Below are positions 47,820 through 59,664 of a DNA stretch of 64,000 nucleotides, piece by piece. The stretch is from NCBI GenBank assembly GCA_905178155.1, contig CAJINV010000018.1, forward strand, positions 476,609-540,608. Direction: 5' to 3'. Numbering within the stretch: the stretch's first letter is position 1; each line of letters starts with the position of its first letter. Source of the DNA: Amoebophrya sp. A120 (taxonomy: Eukaryota; Protista; Dinoflagellata). The notes under the pieces were generated by a model. It searched no databases. It was not told where the DNA came from and saw only the letters and a program-made list of their open reading frames with translations. The position numbers and the translations under genes are program-made.

Positions 47820-50198
47820 CTATTTTTCGGCCGGCGTAGTACCTGTACCAAAACCCGACACGACGGGGTCCATGCTCAAGCGCAAAGACAGCGTCGCCAT
47901 TTGCACGCGGCCGTGCAGCAGATTCCCGGGGGTGACCTCCAGCTCGACATTCATCCCCTCGATTTTCACTTCCAAGAACTCCCGCCGTCTGCGGTAAATG
48001 TTCGGGAAAAATTTCTGCGGATTCTCCTCCAGCACCACGTCGTGTGCCCAGAGGATCTATCAAATGAAAAAGTGCCTGGGTCTGGAAGAATGCAACTTGT
48101 GATGCTGTCTTCGGATTCGAAAAAAATCTGTAAATGCATGACCAGCAAGAGGGGTCCAGTTTTTGCCACGGCGAGAGGGCATTTCTCATGCGGAACAGGC
48201 ATCAGGAAGCCCTCTCAAAATCTGTGATGCTAGACCATGCATTGCAGACCTCATGGGTCATGGAAAACCTGCATGACAAATCTTCCACTCTTCCAGACCC
48301 AGACATTTTTGCATTTGATAGGATCAGGAAACTGCTCAGGTTGTTGACCCCGTTGGCCATCGCGAAGCGCGCCGTGGCACCGACGGCAGTCTCCTTCCCC
48401 GTGGGGTCGTCCTATGCATTGCAAATGTGTCTGGGTCGAGACGTGTCATGCAGTTTTTCCAAGCTCTGCCAAGTCTGGAATGCGGGGCCTAGCATGACAG
48501 GTTCTGCACGTCCTTCGTGATGCCTATGCTGCACGAGAAATTATAGCCTCTCAGCATGGCCACAAGTGAGCACCTTTTGCCAGTCATGCAACACAGATCT
48601 TTGCATCGTCCGCAACTCGCATCACAAGTCTTGTAACCTTCCAGACCCAGACATTTTTGCAATCCATACGTCGGGGTCGGGGACAAAATACCGCAGCACG
48701 TTCGGCTCGCTTCTCTCCACGCGGGCAAACGCGCGGGCGAAGCTTTTTTCCAGTGTTCTGCAAAAATACTTGATTTTGTCATCATGCAGCAAGTACATCG
48801 CCATTGTGTCATCGATTTTCTCCTGGTGCGTGAGTTTCGCCTCCTCGCGCAAAAAATCCTCCAAGTAAGCCTTCCACTGGTCCCAAAGACTCAGCACCGG
48901 GCCGTGGAAGGTAGTCGTCTGGCGATCCTGGGTATCAAGTGCAAATACGTCTGGGTCTAGAAGCGTGCACGTTTTTTGTCATGTTTGTCCCTTGACGTAG
49001 GTATCAACAGCAAATAGGTCTGGGTCTGGAAGGTGGCAACTTGTCATGGGAAGTCTGAAGCATGCAAAAATCTGTGTTGCATGAGTGCCAAAAGCTGTCC
49101 ACTTTTGACCAAGTTGGAAGGGAGTTTCTCATGCAGGATAGACATGATAGGGATCTCACAGAATGTCTGTCATGCTAAGTCCCGCATTCCAGACCCCATG
49201 GGTCATGGAAAATCTGCACAACAAGTTTACACTTTTCCACACCCAGACATTTTTGCAGTTGATAGTAGGTCAAAGTGATGACACAGGAGGACGAAGTAGA
49301 AGACGTCGCGCTCCCGGTGGTCGGAGCCACTTGTACTAATTCAGGAGGACGAGGACCAGCTGCAGCTTTGACGGTACAACTATAAGCACCGGTCTGGTGG
49401 ATCTGGTTCTTTCCAGGACCGTCAGTTCTCCCTGCACGACCCGGGCAGCAGCCCTCATGCAGCCCGGGCAGCAACAGGCTGCTCACAGGCTGCTCACCAA
49501 CAGGCTGCTCACATCTTCTCCTTCATCACTGGCAGAATGGATTCGCGTGCGAGCCGGTCAAACAGCTCTGGATTTCGCGTAGTGGCCAGTTCCACGCCAG
49601 TTTCAGTGTGACTGCTGCCCCGGTGCCCGGTTGTGAGTACGCGACTCGAGGAGGACGAGGCTCGACGATGTTGTCCACGCGGCCCATCCGGGCGTCTCTG
49701 AAGTAAGGGTTGTGCTTCCTCGTCCATGGCGGCGATCATTCCGCTATCATTTCCATGCGAAAAAGATGAATCGCGGGGCTGCCCCGTGAAGGGTACGTGA
49801 CTCGACGAAGAGGCTCGATCATGTAGATCTAGTACTTCATAGCCAGCCGCGGTGCGGCCTCTCGGGAGTAGAGGTTCTGCTGCTTCATCTTCATCCTCTT
49901 TCTCTACTTGATGTTGAGCCCCCCCAGGAGGCGCAGTATCCGTCATTTGCCATTGCTGCATTTCAACATTTGCAGCATGACCTCCAAGAAACAGCAGCGA
50001 CGAGGAAAAGAAAGTGACAGTGAGGATGCGCCGCAAGGTCGAAATGTTAGGTGCAATAGGCGAGCAGCTGCGAGAACTACGGAGGTCCTGCTTCGACGAA
50101 AATGGGGTAGACGACGGACTCATCGTGCTGCAACCCAGACGAGCCATTTTGATGTTCGTGTTCCGAGAGCGGTCCTTTGCCACTAAACCTTCGACCAA
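47820..50198 (-). CDS. Hypothetical multi-exon protein with N-terminal hydrophobic segment; 5' exon linkage and 3' end uncertain
   Basis: Exons ~48669-48927, 48321-48407 and 47820-48052 join in frame across two introners (FVPDPD-DPTGKE..SSFL-ILWAHDV). The link to ORF 49509-50198 is not resolved. Confidence 0.5.
48058..48320. mobile_element. Introner family A
   Basis: Direct repeat GGATC. Confidence 0.9.
48413..48668. mobile_element. Introner family A
   Basis: Direct repeat CGTCC/CGTCG. Confidence 0.88.
49002..49264. mobile_element. Introner family A, adjacent to an orphan family A end at 48933
   Basis: Direct repeat GTAGG. Confidence 0.88.
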
Positions 50199-51136
50199 TC
50201 GTGGCTTTAGAAAGATGAAATTCTTTTATAAACGATAGTGTCGTAGTACTATGCTAATAATATTTTTTGAAATTCAAATTCTTCAATTTGTACTTAGTTA
50301 CAATTTTAAGCTCCACCTCCTGATAAACTTGACAAGATGAAATAGTACGGCGTGCCTCGACTCGATTTGGATAAAGTTGATTAAGTAAGCAAATAGAAGA
50401 ATGATTATATGAGAGAAGCGACCGGAGCTGACAATGGAGTCAATCTCAAATGTTCTACTACGTTGGCAACCTGCTGTTCTTATTTGGTGTTTGGAAGCTG
50501 CATGGTTATCAACATCATGATGCGTGTCGATCAGTCAGGATCGACTGGAAGCGGGTCGTTCTCGTGGACAAAAACACCACCAATCACTAAAAAAGGGAAA
50601 GATCGTGATCTACTTACAACTGTCAGTCATGGTTACGCGATCGCCAGGCCCGACAAGCTTTGGTTTTGCGTAAGATCAACGGAAAAATGTGGAATCGACC
50701 CTACGGCGGAATGCGCCTGCGCAAGAGCATGCGGATTTTATTTTTCACTTGGTGGGACAAATAATCGCATTTCTTTCGCCTATTCATTTTGGTGCACGGA
50801 ACAGGAACGCATTCTTTTCTGGCTGCACGATGGACTGTAGTTTCAATGACAATGAGATGCACTTCTTCTATAAATCTTGTTCCTGGTGAAGTAGTAGACC
50901 ACCCATGTAGCGAATGCGGATCGAAGGTGGAACCGGTTATTGATATTGTCCGTACAAAGTAGATCAGAGTCTTCATGGAGATTCCTCGAGCTGCTTTTTA
51001 TTTGGGTGTTGCACGACCATCTGTACCGCGAATAATTTTTCCGGCACAACAAGTACTAGTTCGCGAGATCCCGGGCTCTCTGAGGTCGGCAAATAGGAAC
51101 TGCGGGGTGCACCTTTTTACCAACTAGAGGCGGACA

Positions 51137-52161
51137 GTACGAGGAACACTCTGCACTGCCATTACTGTAGCATCATCGACGCCTTCATTGGATGGCCGCT
51201 CGGTGGGAGCAGTCCCCCACCACGTCGTCGAGGCGCCCAGGGAGATGGAGCACCTGACCCGCGATGGAAGACATGGACCTCTGTCACACCCCGTAAGAAA
51301 AGGGCGGCGCGAGGTCTTAGCGGCCCATCCGTAGTAACGCAACCACCTTGAAACAACTGGGAGGGAGGGCGGGCGAAACAAATACCACCCCGAAATTCGG
51401 TGGGTTGTCCTGACTAATCTTCTCAAGTCCTGGCTACCGTACACTAAAGGGCTGAGGGCGGACACGGGCATAAAATACCGCCCGACCATCCTCAGCCTAG
51501 ACTCACAGGCTCGCTAGCCTGCTGCTGCCCGGGCATACATTTTATGCAGTTACCGCAGACGGGCCACCCAATGGATGGCCGCTCGGTGGGAGCAGTCCCC
51601 CACCACGTCGTCGAGGCGCCCAGGGAGATGGAGCACCTGACCCACCGGCGGAGGCCGGATACGCCGAAGCATCCCAAAGAACCCGCTGTGGCGCTTGCGG
51701 CCAGTAGATGAATTTGGGAAACCGGTGCGCCCCATCGATGAAGGCGTAGCAACGAACGACGACGGGCTGAAAAGTGAGCCGATAGACTAAGACGCGGGCC
51801 TATCAGAAGGGTCCGCCAAATAGAACGAAAAACCGCGATCGCCCAGGCTTAGCATAGCCCCATTACAAACCAATCGGACGAGTCTCGGTCTCGCATAGCG
51901 ATGGGAGGGGAAGTCCGGATATTTATCTCAAAGCAGATCCAACGAAGTCCAGCGCTCTAGTCAGGGAGAAAGTTCGCAAGGGTAACGGGTTCGAACCGCC
52001 AGTGCCAAACGACCCCTCCTCCCATCGCAAAGCGAGACCGACCGCCGTTCCTCGTCCCGAGGACAGAACGGCCAGACAACACCTATCCCGCATAGATAGC
52101 TGGCAACCGTACGAGGAACACTCTGCACTACCATTACTGTAGCATCATCGACGCCTTCATT
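51137..52161. mobile_element. Non-coding element with split direct repeats (B-A...A...B)
   Basis: The 53-bp repeat B at 51137-51189 recurs at 52109-52161 (1 mismatch). The ~70-bp repeat A at ~51190-51260 recurs at ~51573-51643. Confidence 0.6.
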
Positions 52162-53322
52162 TGTTTTCGCTAGCGATGCTAGCTCACATCATCACTATCA
52201 TCATCATACATCTTCCATTTCTATATAGTGCGCAGCATGTTGTCTTGGGGTAGAGAATCCTTTTTTGTAAAAAACTGGTCTTTGGAGTGCCCTTCTTGAA
52301 AGTTAGTGCCGACGCCTCCACCTCCGACATTGATTTTGATTTTGGAAGACGACCTTTCTTCCACTAGCAAGTTGTGCCAAGTCTGACTTGGTACAACTTC
52401 GACGTCCCCTCAACGGAGGAGGAATGTCAGACGCATCCATTTCATTTGGCGGGGCAGTTGAAGGTCGAAAATCGAAGCTTCAAAGCAGCAGCTAGCTCAA
52501 AACATGTAAGTACGTAGAAAAAGTCTCAAAATAAGGAGGTTCAAAATGTCTCTCTCAACAACGTTCAACAAAAATACTTTGCGCATGCTTCAAAAAGATG
52601 CTGCTTATGCTTCGGCAAACGCCTTCTTTGCGCCATGTTGGGTCGAGCTCGACGCAAGTCTATCCCTATAGTCATCTCCTGAAAAAAGGGAAAATTTCGG
52701 TGAAGGGTTTTCATCACGAGGGTACATAGCATATAGTGACTACTTTTGTAAGTAGAAAGAAGAGTGTAAGAAGTACTGTAGCCGTTGCGAATCCAAATGT
52801 TGTTGTAGCATCAATTCTTCTTCCTCGACGCTAGGCTCTGAAAGTGTTCTAACTGTAGATGTAATTCTCCTCCACAACTGAAGAAGGCACATTTAGGAAA
52901 AACCTTCCGAATACATCATTCCGCGGCTTTTCTGTACAGAAAAAAAAAAATAATTTTGAGATTGGGTTGCTCGATGAATAGTGACCTTTACAGTGCTGAC
53001 GATTTTGGCCTTTGCGTTCAGGACGCCGATCATATAGGAGCGGCAGATTGAAAATTGATTTGCGACGCATAAAACCAACGCTCCCAGCTTCGCTCGCCCT
53101 TTCATCTAGGCGGCGCATGACAAAGCTTCTCCAACATGTTTAAGTTTATGTACTAAATGCGCATCCCCATCTTCTATCTTTACTTCGTTCTGTTTACTTT
53201 ACTTAGCTGAAAGATGACAGACCGTGCCTCTGTCATGCTCGTCCATAGCCATTCTTTGTTTCCATGCATGACCACCCTGAGGGGACCCCGACAAGAACGC
53301 CGGGACCGATCTGCAGCTATTT

Positions 53323-55806
53323 TTAGCCGCTCAGACTCAGAAAACGGACTCCATCCGCGAGGGCGCGCGTTCCGTCCGGGTTGAACCGCGGCATCGCCGC
53401 GGGGGCGGGGTTGTCAATGAAGGTGACCAGGCGCCGCAGCATGTCGAGCTTTTCATCTTCATCAACGGAAAACGAGGAATATTCCCCCTTGTGCTGCTGC
53501 TTTTCGTCCATAAAGCAGTCAAACCTCACCGTAGTGATGGTTTGCCCCATAAACCTCTTCTCCCTCACAACCCACGACGTCACCTGGCACACCTTCCCCA
53601 TGTAGTCCTGGCTCCCCTCGCGGAGAATGTCGCGAACCTGCTTCACGTCGGAAGGGGAAGCAGCTGCAGGCAACCGGAAAAAAACTCCTTTCCGGAACCC
53701 CTGCTCGCCGTCGTTTTTCAGGTTCTGCAGTTTCTCCTCTTCCGCTTGCTTTGTGAGCGCTTCGACCTCTTGCGCCGACAGGGCCAAGGCGTTCGAGGAC
53801 GTCGCAGGCTGCGCGGCCCGTTCGTTTTTTTGTCCGGGGGAAGCCGACCTGCTGCGAGATGAGCGACGGCGCGAGCCGCGCGACGAGGAGGACCGTTCGC
53901 GACCTGTCGGCGACCGGCTGCGACGTTTTGTTCTCGTTGAAGCTGCATCACCAATCGCGCCAAGCCCCACTGAGTCTCCGATTGTTTTCATCAATTCCGT
54001 CGAACCAATGGCGCCGACCAGTTTCAGGTTGTCTTCCGTCACGGAAATCAGCCCATTGAGCATGTCGCACAGCTTGCGCACGGCGCCTTCCGTCTCTTTC
54101 CTGGCAAACGAAACGTCGTCGAGGTCCAGCCACGCGTCTACCGCCGGGAACTTCGCCTTTTTGGTGGGTGCGCCGAAGGGGTTCTCTCGGAAAACGCCCG
54201 TTGCTTTCTCTTGAACTCGGATTTGGACCTTGGCTTTTGAAAGAGGAGGAGTAGCTCGATGCTTTGTTGTGTCAACATGAGCAACATCTTCCTCGACAAC
54301 TGAGGCGGTTCTTGTAGTAATAGGGTCAACTACATTATACAGCACCCGCACCCCCTTTACGCGAATTGGATGACCAATCTCCTCGTCATGTTGGTTCTCG
54401 GCGTCAAATTTTTCAAGGCGGGCGGAAGTATACTTGGCGTTGTCGACGAGGACCGTTTCGTTGCCACTTAGGTCGTAGGCTCTCTGTGGCCGGCCCTTCT
54501 CGTCCAACACGGCAACTTCGTCCAAATTCAAGCCGGCTCGGGTCACTTCCTCTAACAACACTGACATCTCTCCGTTCACGACTGCCGACGCCCGAAACCA
54601 GTCCACGCCGGCGGCTTCCAGGCGCTCGAACGGCGCGTTCCGGTGGAAAAATTCAAACTCGTTAAACGGAAATTGGCCCCGGTAGGGCCCGAAAGAGACT
54701 TCCTCGACGCTCCGGCCTTCCAAGAGGTGCTTCATTTGGGTTGCAAACGCCTCACCGTTGTCGTGTCCCAGCAAACGCTGCGCGAGGGCGTGGGCTTTCT
54801 GCGTGGCGGGACCGGCGCTTGCCTTTTTCTGGTTTCCCCACCGTTTCAGTGTTTCCAGAGCATCCAACACGGCCTGGGACGCGCGAGTGAAGTCTTCTGG
54901 TTGCAACGAGACTGCTTCCTCGCCGCCTGCTCCACCAGCGCCATCACTCTTTTTACTGCGGAGCAGCCACATTGCGAACCGGTCCGGATGCACGGTGCGC
55001 TGGACCGTCTTCATTTGCTTTTCCGCCAGACTCAGAAACTCGTCGACTTTGCTACTCATAACCGCCGCGTCCGTGAGCTGTTTCTTCACTTCTGCTAAAG
55101 CTTCGCTCACGTCCAAGATAACCGCCGCTTGTTCCTCCGGAGGTGTAGCTGCAGTACTAGCACCTCCATCCTGCGCAGTAGTTGCCTGCAAGATTCGCGC
55201 TATCGCTTCCTCGACGGACACCGGACCTCCTGGTGACGTGGTTTTCTTCCGTTGAAGATCCTTCATCGGCGGACCACCACGAACTCCCGCCGGGCCAAAC
55301 GACATTGGCGGTCCTGCGGCGAGGGAAGCAGATGCAGAAGCAGCGGACGAGGAGGACGTCGAGGTCGTGTTGTGCTGGAAGAGGCTCTGCAATTCACTCT
55401 GCAAGCCATCCTTTGCCAGCCACTTTTGGAACGCTTGTTTGACCTCCCCGGCCGGCGGCTTACTGCTTTGGTACGTAGAAGGCATGTTGGTTGCGAACAT
55501 CAGTGCTTTTTTTTCTTTATTGTACGTTCCCTTCAACACCGCGTCTCGCAGACTCTGCAAGAAACTTTCGGTAGTATTCTCGTTTAGCCAGACAAGTGCC
55601 CTACTGTTGACGTCATCCTCCTGTTCGATGGACAAACTACTACGCCCGGGGGAAAAATCGCGCGGAGCAGGAAAAGCCGCCCGCACCACGACGCCGAAGG
55701 GGGACAGCAGTTGCTCTTGCTGCAGAAGCAGGCCCACGCCCAGACCCGCCGCAGCAACGAAATAGTTGCAGCCGTGGTTGTTCAAGAAACGCGTCATTTT
55801 CAACAT
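53323..55806 (-). CDS. 827-aa protein with signal/TM segment and J-domain-like HPD motif
   Basis: Long uninterrupted ORF. QRTVHPDRF...EDFTRASQAVLDALETL resembles J-domain helix II-HPD-helix III. Confidence 0.75.
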   Translation of the reverse strand: MLKMTRFLNNHGCNYFVAAAGLGVGLLLQQEQLLSPFGVVVRAAFPAPRDFSPGRSSLSIEQEDDVNSRALVWLNENTTESFLQSLRDAVLKGTYNKEKKALMFATNMPSTYQSSKPPAGEVKQAFQKWLAKDGLQSELQSLFQHNTTSTSSSSAASASASLAAGPPMSFGPAGVRGGPPMKDLQRKKTTSPGGPVSVEEAIARILQATTAQDGGASTAATPPEEQAAVILDVSEALAEVKKQLTDAAVMSSKVDEFLSLAEKQMKTVQRTVHPDRFAMWLLRSKKSDGAGGAGGEEAVSLQPEDFTRASQAVLDALETLKRWGNQKKASAGPATQKAHALAQRLLGHDNGEAFATQMKHLLEGRSVEEVSFGPYRGQFPFNEFEFFHRNAPFERLEAAGVDWFRASAVVNGEMSVLLEEVTRAGLNLDEVAVLDEKGRPQRAYDLSGNETVLVDNAKYTSARLEKFDAENQHDEEIGHPIRVKGVRVLYNVVDPITTRTASVVEEDVAHVDTTKHRATPPLSKAKVQIRVQEKATGVFRENPFGAPTKKAKFPAVDAWLDLDDVSFARKETEGAVRKLCDMLNGLISVTEDNLKLVGAIGSTELMKTIGDSVGLGAIGDAASTRTKRRSRSPTGRERSSSSRGSRRRSSRSRSASPGQKNERAAQPATSSNALALSAQEVEALTKQAEEEKLQNLKNDGEQGFRKGVFFRLPAAASPSDVKQVRDILREGSQDYMGKVCQVTSWVVREKRFMGQTITTVRFDCFMDEKQQHKGEYSSFSVDEDEKLDMLRRLVTFIDNPAPAAMPRFNPDGTRALADGVRFLSLSG

Positions 55807-56047
55807 GCTGCTGTAGAAGTACTGCTTTGGTATGAGTTTAATAATAAAACCTGTTCTCTGAAGATGAAAATGCTCGATAGAAGAAGGTAGTTGGTCTTGT
55901 TGACCAAAAAAGTTTTTGCGCCAAAAGTTTTTGCGCCAAAAGTCAGAAGACTTCGCGTTTAAAATTTTGGGTAGAACTGCAGCACAGCCACAGTTAAGTT
56001 AGGCGAAATAATTGATTGCTCGTTTATAAATGCGGATGCTGTAGTTT

Positions 56048-58551
56048 TTAAGCTAGATGAAGCGATGTTGATCCTGCTTAAGGATGAGAGCCTCTGTTTC
56101 AGTTGTGTTCTACTTAAGGATGAGGACGAGTAGCAATGCAAAAAGATGCTTTTTGTAAATTGGTTGCTCTCTGTAATGGTAATTCAATAGCCTCGAGCTT
56201 GTTCGCTGCATCTCTGTCATGCGATAACAGCTTCCTTTCGTGAAAAAACAAGTTTTGCCATGCAGGTAATGTATACTGAGCGCAATTAAAAAACAACAGA
56301 GGTCTGCATCTGCAACTTGTGATGCAAAATTAGTGCACTTGTTGTTATTTACCACTCAGACGACAAACGTACGTTGCTTCTGGGAAGGAGTGCGTTGATT
56401 CTGGGAAGAAAAGGAAAAAACAGCACCGATTTCGTTGTGCTCTGTGGTCCACCGCTATGAAAAAATCCTCAACAACAAATTAGAAATGCTTGACCACGCC
56501 CATTCATAACATTTGTTACATTTACAAAAAAAAAACACAACTGTTTTTGGCGCGCAGAGAACAAATCTGCGCTCTGACATAAAAGGCTCCGAAGCTTCTG
56601 AAGATCTATCTGAAGGCTTTTTCTGCGCGTTTTTACAAAAAGTGACGTTTTTAGTTGGCGGCGCGCAACAAAAACATTAAAGTTTGTCGGGTCTTCTGAA
56701 GGTTCTTCAGAAGATGCACCTTCAGAAGACTCAAAAAACAGAGTCTTCTGAAGGTGTGTTTTTTTTATTTTTCTCATTTTTGTCAAATTGCGATAATTTT
56801 TGAAAAACCTTCAGAAGAAATTTGCGTCTTCTGAAGGTTTTTTTTGATTGTCCTGTTTTTTTTGATTGTCCTTTTGGGCCACCCAGATCGGGCATTTGTA
56901 AGCGGGAGGAGGGTCGCAATTTTGGACCTCATACCGGTCGAAAACCGTGAGGTTTGGACACACCTCCACAGGCTTGATAATTGTTTTATTGTCGTCCAAT
57001 CCCGGTGCCACGGGCCTCCGGACAAATTTGAAAACCACTTTTGAGCGGCAATTTTCAAGCGGCTTTAGCTTTTTCAGCGAAAATTGTCGTTTTCAATTTC
57101 CAAGCGGTTTCCGGGGACTGCAGAAAATCGGCAAATTTTGTCGGCCGCTTGTATGCTGCGAAAAATTGCATTTTTTCAACGCTTTTTTTCAATTTTCAAG
57201 CGGCTGGAGCTGCCCGGACGTGACGCATTTTCCGCTATAAAACGCATCACACCATCGGCCCTAGCCAAAAGCGCCATTCTCTTTTTTCAGATTCAGACCG
57301 GGCGGAGCTGCAAAAATGCTCTTTTTTACCCTTTTCCGACATGGTAATTGCTGTTTTGGCTGCTTTCGGTAAAATTCCCAGAAATTCTGCCCGATCCGCT
57401 TTCTGAAGGCAAAACGCACTTGGTAATGCCCAATTTTTCCAGTGATTGCATACCCCCGAGTTCCTCCCATATGGTAACGGCAAAGCCTTCGCGCTGCGTT
57501 TGCGATGGATGGGCATCTCGCAAAGAGCGCTTTGCGCGCGGGCAAGCCCGCGCGCAAAGCGCTCTTGCGGATACTGTTCTTAAGCTAGATGAAGCGATGT
57601 TGATCCTACTTAAGGATGAGAGCCTCTGTTTCAGCTCCACCACCATTGGTTCACTCCACCACCCCCACGTCGCTGGGAACATCAACGCCCCCGCCTTCCC
57701 CCTCAGTTTTCGCCCTTTCCTGGCCTGCCAGATTTTCTGCTTCTGCGCAGCGCTCCAATGCGTTTGCCAGCTGCGGCGCGGCAACGACGCTCCAATGCGT
57801 TGACACAGCCCAAGCTGCGGCGCGGCAACGACTGCCCCGCCTGCGAAGCCTCTGGCCCGTTCAGAAATGTGTCGCATGAATTAGGCAACCCAGGCAGCCC
57901 CGGCAGCAGTGGCATGCAGCTGTTGGGGAGCCGCTGCCAAGAACTATGCAAGCGCGAGGTGGGCTGATCGCCCTGCGTGGCGTTTTGGATTGTTCGGCGG
58001 ACCGAATCAGGTAAGCGCCAAAGCATTGGCGCTAGGCCGAGACCAGGCAACACCGCGCTGCCGATGTCGCTCTTTTAATGACGCCCGCCTAGGGGAATGG
58101 CATCGCGGCCGCGTGGCTGTTTTGCTCGAAATCCTGACGCCGGGGGCCAAGAGTGTGCTGCGGATCCCAAAAGAATGGCTCTGGTCCGGCTGATTACCTA
58201 GTCGCCTCCTTCGTTTCCCGCAAACTTATTCGCTACGTGTAGCCTGCGCAGCTGTCTGCTGGTGCTCGGGGTTGCGGCTTAGCCTGCCACCCCTACCCGA
58301 ATCCGTAGGCAAGGCCATTGGGAATGTTGGAATGAGGCCGCCCTCTTAAGTAGCTATGCGGAGAATGGGAAAAATAACGCAGGCGTTGGCTAGAGCCCAC
58401 CCATGAACAGGCTCGCCTGCTTTGATATCGAAATGCGCGGACCCTGAATTTTTTTTATCTACTTTGAAAAGATGCAGTTAGTATGGCCATATGTTCTTAA
58501 GCTAGATGAAGCGATGTTGATCCTACTTAAGGATGAGAGCCTCTGTTTCAG
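56048..58551. repeat. Three dispersed copies of a ~60-bp direct repeat
   Basis: TGTTCTTAAGCTAGATGAAGCGATGTTGATCCTACTTAAGGATGAGAGCCTCTGTTTCAG at 57575-57634 and 58492-58551 (identical), and 56048-56102 (near-identical). Confidence 0.9.
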
Positions 58552-59664
58552 TTGTGCCAGCAATAGTCTATGCGTATTTTTCGTCGCGTGTCGATTTTTC
58601 AGCTCCTCGCAGCTTTCATGTCAACACTTGATCCTGCACACATTTACATTCGAAAATTTCTGCTCTCCTTCTCTCGGATCTTCGGCAACGGGATCATAAC
58701 TCGCTTGATCCTGTATTTGTTTGTGGAACGACCCTTGTTATTTTTGTACAAGAGCGCACAACTATTGATCTTGATGCGGTGGACCGAATTTCTTCGTTGG
58801 TAGAGACACTTACACAACGAAAAAGACAAGAGAATAAAGAGCAGCCTCGTAGTGGGGTGTTGCATCAAAAGTATGAGCATGGAAATTTCAACATGACCAC
58901 TTGAAGAATCCGAACTTGTCGCTGGCTGTACGAGCACAAATTTGAAGATCTTTACTCGGTGCTAGTCATTTTCACCGAGAGGGAGCTGTAGTTGTACAGC
59001 CTGGCGGATCATGGCAGATAGATCGGAGCAGCGCAGCACCATTTGATCTCTACTACGACCGATTTCCAAAAGTCTACACAGCCATGCTCACACGAGTGTC
59101 GACGTAGTCGTATGAACAGATGAAAAAAGAAAGAAAGATATACGAGAAGTGAGTAAGTACCAGCGGAACATCACTCCCGCATGGATCATTTTCATTTACA
59201 TCGGATTCTGCGTCATGGTCTTTCCTCCACCTCCGTTACTGTTGCGATTTTTCTGGTTCGCGGCTTTCACGCGTTTTGATTTTCACTTTCGTGTGACCAA
59301 GAAAGTCTTCTCTGTGGTCGTACCACTCGCGCCGGCGCAATATGCAAGAAAAAACTTTTTCCTGTGGCTTTTTTTCGGAACTAGTACATGATTAAGAACT
59401 TGGGGTCGTTGTGCTTTTCGTGTACGGGTTATTGCATGGAGTAACTCCTTAAATTCATTTTCGCTACTAGCGTGCAGATGGCGTGTGCTTACCACTTGCA
59501 CTTCCACTTTCATAGGAGTATTGCATGAACAGAGTCTTTGAGATTTGCTTATGTTATCGTAACATCCCCCATGCCTTCTATTCACAAACACGATACGTAA
59601 TGCATTGTTCACACCGGCGCCAGCACCATACAAACCCATTGCTCAGGAAAAGTATACATGTCTC

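Noticed and set aside
18644-49278. Recurrent short ORFs with PDPDIFAF / FQTQT / MSGSGR peptides
   Set aside because: These are translations of the family A TIR, not proteins.
51975-52005. GGTTCGAA B-box-like motif as a tRNA
   Set aside because: No convincing T-stem, D-arm or acceptor stem around it.
56048-58551. CRISPR array
   Set aside because: Only three repeats, kb-scale spacers, no cas genes, eukaryotic context.
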